The notes beneath the pieces were generated by a model that was not told the origin of the DNA, ran no database searches, and worked only from the letters and a program-made list of their open reading frames with translations. From the NCBI GenBank assembly GCA_030390025.1, contig JASTWF010000029.1:3844001-3908000 (forward strand): a DNA stretch of 64,000 nucleotides, read 5' to 3'. The position numbers and the translations under genes were made by a program. Positions 51,746 through 64,000 of this stretch are shown here, in pieces. Source of the DNA: Squalus acanthias (Eukaryota). Every line of letters begins with the position of its first letter. The stretch's first letter is position 1.

Positions 51746-52956
51746 AACTGTAGCCATGTACCTGTAGCCGCGCTTCAACCTGCCATATTTCCTATCTCTA
51801 ATTGCACTGGTGCGTGGCGCTGCGAGTAATCCAGAGATTTTGACCATTGAGATCCGACTATTTAACTTCTTCCCTAGCTCCTTAAACTCTGATTCTAGGA
51901 CTTCAACCCTCTTCTTCCCTGTGTCATTGGTCTGGACATGAAGCACAACTTTCAGCTCTTCCATTACACCGCACAACCCCCACCCCTCACAGAATGTTCT
52001 GCACCCTTTCCGTGATATCGCTTCCCCTGACAACAGCGAGGCAACGTATCACATGGGTCTCACGACTATGGTAGCAGAACTACCTAGCTGTCCCCCTGAT
52101 TATCGAATCCCCAATTACTGCTGCAATTACAGTTTCGATACCTTCGCAACCAGCCCTTTGCCTCACGGTGCCAGAATCCAGGCTGCACTCCTTCGATGGA
52201 CTGTAAACCTCACTAGTTTTCAAACTGGGGACAAATATGGGAAATTCCTCTCCGACAAGCCTGGGCGATCGAAACTTACACATGAGATGACTCTGGCCCT
52301 GATAATTTCTTGAAGTACCTCCCTTTTGTTAGAGTTGATCTTCGCCCCACCGAGAAAAAGTTCTAGCTCTCACTTGAAGGATTTCGGCAAATCGGCGTCC
52401 ACCACATGAGATGGCAGCCTGATCTGGAGCTCGACAATTCTCTGGGAAAAGGGCAACCTCCTGATATCTAATCTAGATCTGGCCTTAAACAACATAATAT
52501 TGGGACCCCTGTTCCTCCCCAACCTATTTAATTGGAAAAACTATCAACTGGAAGACAATCTGTTCCCTTTATTATCTTAGAAACCTCAATCAGACCACCC
52601 CTAAGTCTACGCTTCTCTAATGTGTACAATCCCAACTCTTTTAGCCTATCTTGATAACTAAGGTGCTGCAAACGAGAAACTAATCTAGTGGCTATTCGCT
52701 GCACACTTTCCAAAGCCTCATTATCACCCACCATATGAGGAGGCCAAAACAGGACACAGTACTCCAAGTAAGGCCTGACCATGGTTTGTACATGGAAAAA
52801 ATGGAATGTATCGCCTCATAATCAATTGTCGTATGAATGCAGCCGTAAACTTTCTGTGATATTGCAATCGCTTCACGGCATTGTCCATGAACATTAAGAG
52901 ATGCATTCACTGGAACCCCCAGATCTCTTGCTTGCTCCACTTGCTGTAATGCTTTT

Positions 52957-55750
52957 CATAGAAACATAGAATCATAGAAGATAGGAGCAGCAGTAGGCCA
53001 TTCGGCCCCTTGAGCCTGCTCCACCATTCAATGCGATCATGGCTGATCATCCAAAATCAGTACCCTGCCCCTGCTTTCTCCCGATATCCCTTGATCCCTT
53101 TGGCCTTAAGAAATATATCTATCTCCTTCTTGAATATATTTAATGAATTGGTCTCAACTGCCTTCTGTGGTAGAGAAATCCACAGGTTCACCACTCTCTG
53201 GGTATAGAAATTCTTCCTCATCTCTTAACCGCCTGCTGCACCTGCATGCTTACCTTCAGCGACTGGTGCACAAGGACATCAACGTCTCGTTGCACTTACC
53301 CTTCTCCCAATCTATTGCCATTGAGATAATAATCTGCCTTTCTGTTTTTGACACCAAAGTGTATAACCTCGCATTTATCCACGTTATATTGCATCTGCCA
53401 CGCTGCTGTTGAATCACCCAACCTATCCAAATCATCCTGGAGTTTCTCAGCATCCTCCTCGCAGCACACACGCCCACCCAGTCTTGTGTCGGCTGCAAAC
53501 TTGGAGATATTACATCTAGTTCCCTTGTCTAGATCATTAATACATATTGTGAATAGCTGGGGTCTAAGGACCGATCCCTGCGGTACCCCACTAGTCACTG
53601 CCTGCCACTCGGCAAAAGGCCCGTTTATTCCAACTCTTTGCTTTCTGTCTGCCAACCAGTTCTCTATCCAAGTCAATACCTTGCCCTCAATCCCATGTGC
53701 CTTAACTTTACACGCTAATCTCTTATGCGGGAATTTATCAAAAGCCTTTTGGAAGTCCAAATACACCACATCCACCGATTCTCCCTTATCTATTTTACTA
53801 GTTACATCCTCAAAAAATTCCAGTAGATTAGTCAAGCATGATTTAACTTTTGTAAATCCATGTTGACTTTGTCCGATCCTGTCACTGTTTTCCAAGTGCT
53901 CAGCTATGACATCTTTTATAATGGACTCTAGCATTTCCCCCACTACCGATGTCAGGCTTAAAGTCTGTAATTCCCCGTTTTCTCTCTACCACTCTTTTTG
54001 AATAGTGGGGCACCATTAGCTACCCTCCAATCCTTGGGTAATGTTCCAGATTCCATCGAATGTTGGAAGATGATCAGCAATGCATCTACTATTTCTAGGG
54101 CCACTTCCTTAAGTACTCTAGGATGTAGATTATCAGGCCCTGGGGATTTATCGGCCTTCAATCCCTTCAATTTCCCTAACACCATTTCCCAACAAATACT
54201 GATTTCTTTCAATTCCTCACTTTCATCAGACCCTATGTTCCTCAACATCTCTCGGAGATTATTTGTGTCCCCCTTTGTGAAGACAGAAACAAAATATGTA
54301 TTTACTTTGTCTGACATTTCTTTGTTCCCATTATAAGTTCCCCTGATTCTGACTGCAATGGACCTGTGCTTGATTTCACTAATCTTTTTATCTTCACATA
54401 TCTATAAAAGCTTTTACAGTCAGTATTTTTGTTCACTGAAAGCTTACTCTCGTATTCTATTTTCCCCTTCTTAATTAATCCCTTTGTCCTCTTTGTTGAA
54501 TCTTAAACTGCTCCGAATACTCAGGGTTACTGCTTTTTCTGGCCATTTATATGCCCTCTCCTTGGATTTTATGCTATCCCTAATTTCCCTTGTTAGGCAC
54601 GGTTGAGTCACACTTTTTGTTTTATTCTTATGCCAAACTGGGATGAACAAATTCTGTAGTTTGTCCATGCGGTCTTTGAATGTTTGCCATTGCCTATCCA
54701 CCGTCAACCATTTGAGTGACATTCCCCAATCAATCCTACCCAACTCGCACCTCATACCATCGTAGTTTCCTTTATTTATATTTAGGGCCCTATTCTCTGA
54801 GTCAACTACTTCACTCTCCATCCTAATGAAGAATTCTATCATATTATGATCGCTCTGACACAAGTGACCTCGCACAACAAGATTGCTAATTAATCCTTTC
54901 TCATTGCATAATACCCAGTCTAAGATGACCTGATCTCTGTTTGGTTCCTCGACATATTGGTCCAGGAAACCATCCCGTAAATAGTCCAGGAATTCCTCCT
55001 CCATAGTATTGTTGCTAATTTGGTTAGCCCAATCTATATGTAGATTAAAGTCACCCATGATGACTGCTGTGCTATTATTGCACGCTTCTCTAATTTCCCT
55101 TTTAATGCCATCCCCAACCTCCACATTACTGTTTGGAGGTCTATATATCACTCCCACTAACAATTTCTGCCCCTTGTTATTTCTTAGTTCAACCATACAG
55201 ATTCATCAGAGCTAATATCCTTCCTTTCAATTGTGTTAATCCCCTCCTTAACCAGCAATGCTACCCCACCTCCCTTTCCTTTTTGCCTATCTTTCCTGAA
55301 TATTGAGTACCCCTGGATGTTGAGTTCCCAGCATTGGCCACCCTGGAGCCATGTTTCGGTAATCCCAATCAAATCATATTCGTTTACCTCTATTTCCGCT
55401 GCTAATTCATCCACCTTGTTCCGAATGCTCCTTGCATTAAGACACAAAGCCTGCAGGCTTGTTTTTTAACGCTCTTAGACCTATTAGAATTAGTATTTAC
55501 TGTGGTCATGTTTGATTTAAACCGTTGTTTTCTCTGACTGCTACTTTTGTTTTTCTCCTTCCTATCTTTTGCTTTTATCCTTGATTCCCTTTCCTCTGTC
55601 TCCCTGCTCAGGTTCCCAGCCCCCGGCCATTTTAGTTTAAACCCTCCCCCAGAGCACTGGCAAAAATTCCCCCTAGGACATCAGTCCCGGCCCTGCCCAG
55701 TTGTAGACCGTTCGGTTTGTACTGGTCCCACCTCCCCCAGAACCGGTTCC
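52957..55750 (-). mobile_element. Young CR1 LINE, 5' truncated, with an internal deletion near 53228
   Basis: ORFs 53296-55447(-) are nearly identical to the CR1 at 10380-13538. The paralogous site AATGCTTTTC|CCTGAAG at ~33845 is empty. Confidence 0.93.
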
Positions 55751-58415
55751 TGAAGTGTGTGCAATTGTTAAGCATTCGCCCTCCCCACGTGAAAAACACT
55801 GCACTTTTCCAAATTATACATCATTTTCCAGTCATGAGCAACTCCCACAACAATTCAAGATCCACCTGAAGCTGTAAAAATTAATCTTCTGTCCGGAATC
55901 TCATATAGATCTTAGTATCATCTGCAAACTTGCAGATTGTGCCCCCAACACCTACATTTAGATCACAAATAAAAATAGTAAAAGGCAACGGTGCCGACAC
56001 CGAACCCTACTTGACACCACTGGTGACTGGTTTCCAAACAGATGCAAATCCATCTTTAACATATTTCTGCCTACATCTTTCGAGGCAGTCCTCAATCTAG
56101 TTCAATATGTTACCTCTAATAACAGAGGGGGAGTGATGGAGACTGGGAATGGGGGATCGGGGAGAGATGGAGACTCAAAATTGCGGGTTTGGGGAGAGAG
56201 ATGGAGATTGAGAATGGGGGCTGGGGGGGAGATGGAGATTGTGGAATGGCGGATTGGGAGTGAAGGTTATTGTGGATTGGAGGTCAGAGGAGAGATCGGG
56301 TGGTCCACTGGTGGGGAAATGGGAAACTAGTGATCGGAAACCAAGCATTCTCACTGGTAGAACAAGGTGGAAAGGGAGGAGAAAGTTTCTTCAACGGAGG
56401 GCTATTAGACCATGGGACCCTTCACCACATGTAGCTATTGAGATTGGGACTAAAACTTCATTTCAAAGGGAAAATGAGAAAGAATTGAAAAGGAGGAATA
56501 TGAAAAGATCGGGGTTTTAATGAGATTACAGTAGCGAGCGCTAGCCCCGGGGCCGAATGGCCTCCTCCTGTGCTGTAATTCCTGCCATCCTATGAAAACA
56601 ATCCCTTATTGTGTCCCAGCTCAGGGGGTGATTTAGAAATGCTGACGATGAGCTGATTTTCGGACGATGTGCACTGTGAGCCCGCGGCCCTCTGCACAAA
56701 CTCAGAGGTTGGTGTAAGTCGCTCTGTGCCACCCAGATTTGACGTGTGAAGAATAAGAACAGATCAGCTCTGACAGAAGCTCCTGGTTCAGAATTGGCAG
56801 CAATGAGTGCAGCTTCAGTGAGTTACCATTATTTATTGGTGGAATCAAAATTCCTCCTTCCTCTGGTTTCAGCTCGCTGAATCGCTCTCCCCACTTCGGT
56901 TTTACCTCTTCCCTACCTTCGGTTCTCCTCCACCACACATTCGGGTCCACTCTGCCACGCTCGGTTTCCCCTCTGTTTTCACTCTCAGCGGTGGCGCTTT
57001 CAAGAGAGAGGCAGCGAGAGGAACCTTCACAAAAGAAGAAAATCAAGCAGTGACATCACATGGCAGCAGGTAGGTGATTGGTTGGTGAGTATGACAGTTT
57101 TTTAGCCTCTTTGCTGGGGAAGTGTGTTAAACTCAGAGCTCGGAAACTGTAACTTGCTATTATTTTACTTTACTTAATTAGTAAATTAATCTAGAGTAAC
57201 CAATCAATTAATAAAACTGAAATAATTGATTGAAAAAATAATTAAAATAATTACTTAACTAATGGGTTAAATAAAGAAGGTTAGCTGGACATGGCAGGGC
57301 AGATTGTGTGCTGTAACTGCAGCATGTGGGAGTTTGTGGAGATCAGCGAGATCCCGAGCAACCACATCTGCAGTAAAAGTCTGCAGCTCGAGGAACTTCG
57401 GCTCAGAATTGTTGAGCTGGAGTACGAGGTGCAGACATTGTGGGGCATCAGGGAGTGGGAGAGGCAACTGGACACATTTTTTCCAGGAGGCAGTCACACC
57501 CCTCAGATTAAGTAGTACTTCAGATTTCGTCAATGGTTAGGGACAGGAGGGTGTGACCGCGAGTCAGGAAGGTATCGCGACCGAGGAAGTAGTGATGGAG
57601 GAGACTCGGCCCTTCACTTTGAAAAACAGGTATGAGATACTAGGACTGCAGGTTAGATGAGCAAACTGACCATGGCATCATGGTGCAGGAGGCAATTCAA
57701 GTGGGGGGAGTGAAAAGGAAAGTGTTAGTGGTAGGGGACAGCATAGTCAGGGGTATAGAAACAGTTCTCTGCAGCCGCGACCGGGAGTTCTGAAGGTTGT
57801 GTTGCCTGCCTGGTGCCAAGGCAAACGGTGTCACCTCGCGGGTGCTAAGAATTTGAAGGGGAAGTGGGAGGATCCAGTTGTAGTGGTCCATGTCGGAACC
57901 AACGACATAGGTTGAACAAGGAATGAGGTTCTGCTGAGGAGTTGGGGTCGAAATTAAAAAGCAGAACCTCACAGGTAATAATCTCTGGATTGTTACCTGA
58001 GCCACGCTCAAATTGGCATAGGGACAAACAGATTGGAAGGTTAAATTCTTGGCTCAAAGGGTCATGTGGAAGGCAGGGGTTTCATTTCAAGGGGCACTGG
58101 CATCAGTACTGGGGAAGAGGGAGCTCTTCCTCGTGGACGGGCTCCACTTAAACCGGGCTTGGACCAGTATCCTGGCAAATCGAAAACTAGGGCAGAAGAT
58201 AGGGCTTTAAACTAATGAAGCGGGGTGGAAGGATTCAGGTAAGGGTAAATTCAAACGCGTAAGAGAAAACTCAAGGCTGTAGAGCAGAGCAGTGATCTGG
58301 GTAAAGATTAGCAGAGAGGGTCAGGAAGGGACAGAAAGATTAATAAAAGTAACAGGTCATTAGTGACTAAAGTGACATCAGGGAAAAATAGAGAAAAATT
58401 AAACCAAAAGGTGTT

Positions 58416-59178
58416 GGCCCAGAAATTCGGCCGAATACGGGAGAGTACGCACTGTGTACTCGCCCGTATCCGGTCCCAAAGTGCCAGTTTCCTGCATGCA
58501 CTGTGCATGCGCGGGAAACCGGCACTTCGGGTATTGCGAAGGAGGCGTTTCCAAAGTGAACCGCGTGTGCACTACTGGTTGTGCGCATGCAGCGCACTTA
58601 GTTTTTTTTCCAGGTTTGAACACGCAGGTAACTGTTGAAGATTTTACACTTAAAGAAAGCAGGCATAAGACCCCCTTTTAACAAGGTAAGTAGTTAATTT
58701 AGTCTTATTTTTAAAAAAATTCAACTGGTTTATCTTTTTTAGAGACTTTAAAGAAAGGTAACTTTATTTTTATAACTTTTAAAAAGAATTTAAATGTTTT
58801 CAAAAATTAAAATTTTTTTTTAATGTGGTTAATTTATTTAAGTATAGTTATTTTATTAATGTGATGTTTTTTTTTTAATTTAATTGAGGTTTAGCTGTTC
58901 TTTTGGGGGCAAGTTGTATTCATAGTTTTGACAGTTCTCCTGTCAAAACTATGAATGAAAGATGGTGTGCTGCCATTGGCTCTAACTGGCTCACGTGATC
59001 CCAGAGTTCGCATCGAACTAACTGCGCCTCTGGGACACGCAAACACTGTGCGCCGGCACCAGGGAGAGGCCCAGGAATGGAAGTTTGTGTGGGCCAGAAC
59101 CATAAAGGCAGGCGCGGTAGGTAAGACCGCGCACGATCCTTACCCCGGCGGCAACCATCGAAGTCTAATTTCTGGGCC
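58416..59178 (+). mobile_element. Harbinger-type MITE, copy 3
   Basis: Perfect TIRs GGCCCAGAAATT and AATTTCTGGGCC. The TSD is degenerate (GTT/AAC). Confidence 0.88.
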
Positions 59179-60330
59179 AACTGTCTGCACGAAGCATTCG
59201 CAACAAAATAGATGAATTAAAAGCGCAGATAGAAATACATGGGATTGTTTTAATAGCCATTACAGGGACGTGGTTGCAGGGAGACCAAGGTTGGGAACTA
59301 CGTATTCCAGCATATTTGAACTTTGCAATAGACAGTCGCAATGGAGAAAGAGGAGTGGTCGCCCTGATAATAAAGGAGGGAATAAAAACAGTCGAGAGAA
59401 AGCATCTTGGTTCGGAAAAACAAACTGTAGAATCGGTTTGGGTGGAGCTAAGAAACAACACGGGGGAGATAATAGCTGTTGGAGTAGTCTATACGCCTCC
59501 TAGCAGTGGTTGTAATGCGGGAAGAGGACAAATCAGTAAATTAGAGATGCATGTAACAAGGCTAATACAGTAATCATGCGGAATTTAACTTTCATATAGA
59601 TTTGTAAAACCAAATTTGCAGAAATAGTGCAGAGGAAGAGTTTATGCAATGCATTCAAGATAGTTGTAAAGGAACCTACCAGGGAAATGTTATTTTAGAT
59701 GTAGTACTGTGCAATGTGACAGAGTTAATTAATAACCTTGTTGTAAAGGAGCCTCTGGGGAGCAGTGATATTAATATGATAGAATTTTATGTTGAGTTTG
59801 AGAGTGGTTTAGTTAAGCCCGAAACTAGGGTCCTAAACCTGACCAAAGCCAACTACGTAGGTATGAAAGACGAGTTGGCTATGGTCGGTTAGGAAACAAG
59901 ATTAAAAGATATGACGGTAGAAAAGCAATTGCAAACAATTAAAGAAATTATTCATAATTCGCAACGACTTTTCATTGCGTTAAGGAATAAAAACAACTCG
60001 GGAAAAATGGTCCAACTATGGCTAATAAGAGAGATTAAAGATAGAATTAGATTAAAGGAAGAGGCTTATAATGTTGCCAAAAAGATTAGCAAGCCTGAGG
60101 ACTGGCAGGATTTCAGAATTCAGCAGAGGAGGACCAAGAAATTACTGAAGAAAGGGAAAATGGAATATGAGAGTAAACTTGCGAGAGACATAACAACAGA
60201 CTATACAAGCTTCTATAGGTATGTCAAAAGGAAAAGATCAGAGAAAATAAACGTGGGTCATTTACAGGCTGAGACAGGAGAAATTATAATGTTGTATAAG
60301 GAAATGACAGAGAAATTAAACAAATACATT

Positions 60331-61091
60331 GGCCCGAAATTTAGACCTAATGCGGGAGAGTACGCACTGTGTACTCTCGCGTATTAGGTCCCGAAGTGCC
60401 GGTTTCCTGCAGGCACTGCGCATGCGCGGGAAACTGGCACTTCGGGTATTGCGAAGGGGGCAGTTCCTAAGTGAACCGCGCGTGCACTGCAGGTTGTGCG
60501 CACGCAGCGCAGTTACATTTTTTTTCAGGTTTGAACGCGCAGGTAAGTGTTGAAGATTTTACACATAAAGAAATCAGGCGTAAGACCCCCTTTTAACAAG
60601 GTAAGCAGTTAATTATGTCTTATTTAAAAAAAAATTCAACAGGATTATCTTTTTCAGAGACTTTAAAGAAAGGTAAGTTTATTTTTATAACATTTAAAAA
60701 GAATTAAAATTTTTCAAAAATTTAAATTTTTGTTTAAAGTGGTTAATTTCTTTAACTATAGTTATTTTATTATTGTGATGCCCTTTTTTAATGTAATTGA
60801 GGTTTAGCTGTTCTTTTGGGGGCTTGTTGTATTCATAGTCTTGACAGCCCTTGCTGTCAAAACTATGAATGAAAGATGGTGTGCTGCCATTGGCTCGAAC
60901 TGGCCCACATGATCCCAGAGGTCGCATCGAATTAACTGCGCCTCTAGGACACGCACACACTGCGCGCCGGCACCAGGGAGAGGCCTAGGAAATGAAGTTC
61001 GTGCGGGTCAAAACCATAAAGGTAGGCGCGGAGTGCGATATCGCGGGGGAACCTTACCCCCGGGCAACCATCGAACTCCAATTTCTGGGCC
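60331..61091 (+). mobile_element. Harbinger-type MITE, copy 4
   Basis: TIRs GGCCCGAAATTT and AATTTCTGGGCC with TSD ATT/ATT. The exact empty site CAAATACATTGTGTCTG is at ~39463-39479. Confidence 0.92.
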
Positions 61092-64000
61092 ATTGTGTCT
61101 GCTTTCATAGAGGAAGACGCAAGCAACCTCTGGAAATACTGGAGAACCAAGGGTCTACGAAAATCAGGAACTGAACGAAAGTAGTATTAGTAAAAAAAAG
61201 CACTGGAGAAATTAATGGGACTGAAAGATTACAAATCCCCTGGACTTGATGACCGGCATCCGAGGGTTTTAAACGTGGTGGGTATAGATTTAGTGGATGG
61301 ATTGGTTGTCATCTTCCAAAATTCCATTTATTCTAGAACGGTTCCTGTCGATTGGAAGGTTGAAATTGTAACCCCAATATTTAAAAAATGAGGGAGAGAG
61401 AAAAGGGGGAACTACAGACCAGTTAGCCTGACATCAGTAGTAGGGCAAATGCTAGAATCTATTATTAAGGACGTGGTAAAAGGGTACTTACGAAAAATAA
61501 TAGGATTGGGCAGAGTCAACACGGATTTATGACAGGGAAATCATGTTTGACGAATCTGTTGGAGGTTTTTGAGGTTGTAACTTGCAGAAGGGATGAGGGG
61601 GAAACAGTGGATGTGGTGCATTTGGATTTTCAGAATGCATTCGATAAGGTGCCACACAAAAGGTTATTAAACAAAATTAGGGCTCATGGGATTCGGCCTA
61701 ACATAAAGCATGGATTGAGGATTGGTTAACTGACTAAAAACAGAGAGTAGGAATAAACGGGTCATTTTCGGGTTGGCAGGCTGTAGCTAGTGGTGTACCG
61801 CAAGGATCAGTGCTAGGGCCACAGCTATTCACAATCTATATCAAAGATTTGGATGAGAGGAACAAATGTAAACTAACCAAGTTTGCTAACGACACAAACC
61901 TTGGTGAGAATGTAAGTTGTGAGGATGTTGCAAAGAGGCTTCAGACCGACATACACAGCCTAAGGGATTGGGTAAGAAACGGTCAAAGGAATATAATGTG
62001 GAGAAATGTGATGTTATCCACTTTTCTAGGGAAAATAGAAAAGCAGGTATTATAGAATGGCGAGAGAATGGGAAATGATGCTATTCAGAGGGACCTCTGT
62101 GTCCTTGTACATGAATCACTGAAAATTAAAATGCAGGTACAGCAAGCAATTAGGAATGCAAATGGTATGTTGGCGTTTATTACAAGCGGATTTGAGTACA
62201 AGAGTAAAGGCGTCTTACTGCAATTATATAGGGCCCTGGTGAGACCACACGTGGAGTATTGTGTACAGTTTTGGTCTTCTTACCTAAGGAATGATATACA
62301 TGCAATAGTGTGAGTGCAACGATGGCTCAGCAGACTGATCCTGGGATGGGGGGATTGACCAATGAGGAGAGATTGAGTAGACTCGGCCTATATTCTCCAG
62401 CGTTTAGATGAATGAGAGGCGATCATTGAAACATATAAAGTTCTTACAGGGCTTGACAGGGAAGATACAGGAAGGATCTTTCCCCTGTCTGGGGAATCTA
62501 GAAGCAGCGGTTACAGTCTCAGAATAAGGGGTCGGCCATTTTGGACTGAGATGGGGAGAAATTTCATCACTCAAATGGTTGTGAATCTTTGGAATTCTCT
62601 ACCCCAGATGGCTACGGAGGGTCAGTCGTTGAGTAAATTCAAGACAGAGCTCGATAGATATTTGTGTATCTTAAGGGCATCAAGAGTTATGGGGATAGTG
62701 CAGGAAAGTGGAGATGAGGTAGCAGATCAGCCATGATGTAATTGAACGACGGAGCAGGCTCGAGGGGCCGATTGGCCTACTCCTGCTCCTGTTGCTTATG
62801 TACATATTTTCTTATGATCGGTAGTACTAGGGTCTATCGGTAATTCAGTGCTGGTTATTGAGATTGAGGGGTGGTGGAGCGGGTGGTACGAGGATTTAAC
62901 AGTAAATCAGTGCTGGTAAGTGAGATGGAGGGGTAGTGGAACGGATAGCACTATGGTCGATAGGTGAATTGATGTATCTTATTGAGGTGAACGCATATAA
63001 AGGAAATAATGCTAGGCGATTCACTGCTGTTCAGAATATTGAAGGTATGTTGAAGTGACTTGTACTGTACCCGCAGGTACTTGCAGAGCATTACATAGGA
63101 TATACAGCACAGAAACAGGTAATTCGGCCCAAACAGTCGATGTCGACGATTACGCTCCACTCGAAACTTCTTCCTTCTTTCCTCATTTAACTCTGTCAGC
63201 GTCACCGTCTACTCCCTACAACCTCATAAGCGTTTCTAAGCTCCTCTTAAAGGCATCGATAATATGCGCTTCAACCACTCCCTGTGGTAGCGAGTTCCAC
63301 ATTCTTACCCCTCTCATGGTAAAGAGAATTTTTTCATGAATTCTCTATTTGATGGCCATAGTTTTTCTCTTCCCCGCAAGTGGAAACACAATCGCTGTGT
63401 CTGCTCTCTGAAAACCATTCACAAACATAATGACCTGTACAAGGTCACCCCACAGCCTTCTCTTTTCAAGAGAAAAGAGTCCCAGCCTGCTCATCCTTTC
63501 CTGAAAGGTGTAACTTCGAATTTCTGGTATCATTCTTGTAAAACTTTTTTCCACCTTCTCTAGTTCCTAGATATCCTTTTTGCAATATGGCGACCATTAT
63601 TGTTAGGAATTGGCTAAAGTTTAGTCACGCTTGTTGAGATAGTCTCCGTCGAATATCGATAAAGCCCCGAAGTTTGGCGGTGGGATGATGGAATACAAAG
63701 ATTTGATGTGCTGGACACAGGACTTAGTGGCAGGAGGCAGAGGGTGATGGTCAAAGGTTATTTTTGTGACTGGAAGCCTGTGTCCAGTGGTGTACCGCAG
63801 TAATCGGTGCTGGGTCCTTTGCTGTTTTTTGTTTACATTATTGATTTAGATATGAATGCAGGAGGTATGATCAGTAAGTTAGCAGATGACACGAAAATTG
63901 ATGGAGTGGTAAATAGCGAGGAGGGAAGCCTTTGGCTGCAGGATTATATAGACGGATTGGTCAGATGTGCAGAAAAGTGGCAAATGGAATTTAACACTGA

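Larger units (their letters stand above)
57040..62815 (+). mobile_element. Decayed full-length CR1 of unit C, carrying two MITE insertions
   Basis: ORF1 starts at 57291 (MAGQIVCCNCSMWEF) and is followed by APE-RT fragments. Collinear with 35430-41190. Confidence 0.9.
18487..64000 (+). repeat. Tandem segmental duplication: unit A ~18.5-35.4 kb, unit B ~35.4-57.0 kb, unit C ~57.0 kb to window end
   Basis: Non-TE junction sequences recur in the same order. Examples: AGTCACGCTTGTTGAGATAGTCTC at ~25447, ~42032 and ~63623; GCTGACGATGAGCT at ~35031 and ~56641; the GPCR exons. Confidence 0.9.

Overview
Vertebrate genomic DNA, most likely from a cartilaginous fish (inferred from the repeat types: CR1 LINEs with SGNH-esterase ORF1, Penelope-derived repeats, DeuSINE-type tails). 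Most of the window is nested, decayed transposable elements: many CR1, L2, an RTE, a Penelope fragment, a hAT/Buster element, a two-gene Harbinger element and four related ~750-bp MITEs. The host genes are a + strand array of class A 7TM receptors resembling GPR139/GPR142. One divergent copy has only exon 2 in the window (4907-5805). One two-exon copy is frameshifted (26378-29117). One two-exon copy is open and encodes 330 aa (43846-46527). The last two sit in units of a ~17-22 kb tandem segmental duplication. A third unit runs off the right edge and predicts another receptor just beyond the window. Alignments were done by eye, and repeat boundaries are approximate unless a TIR or TSD is quoted.
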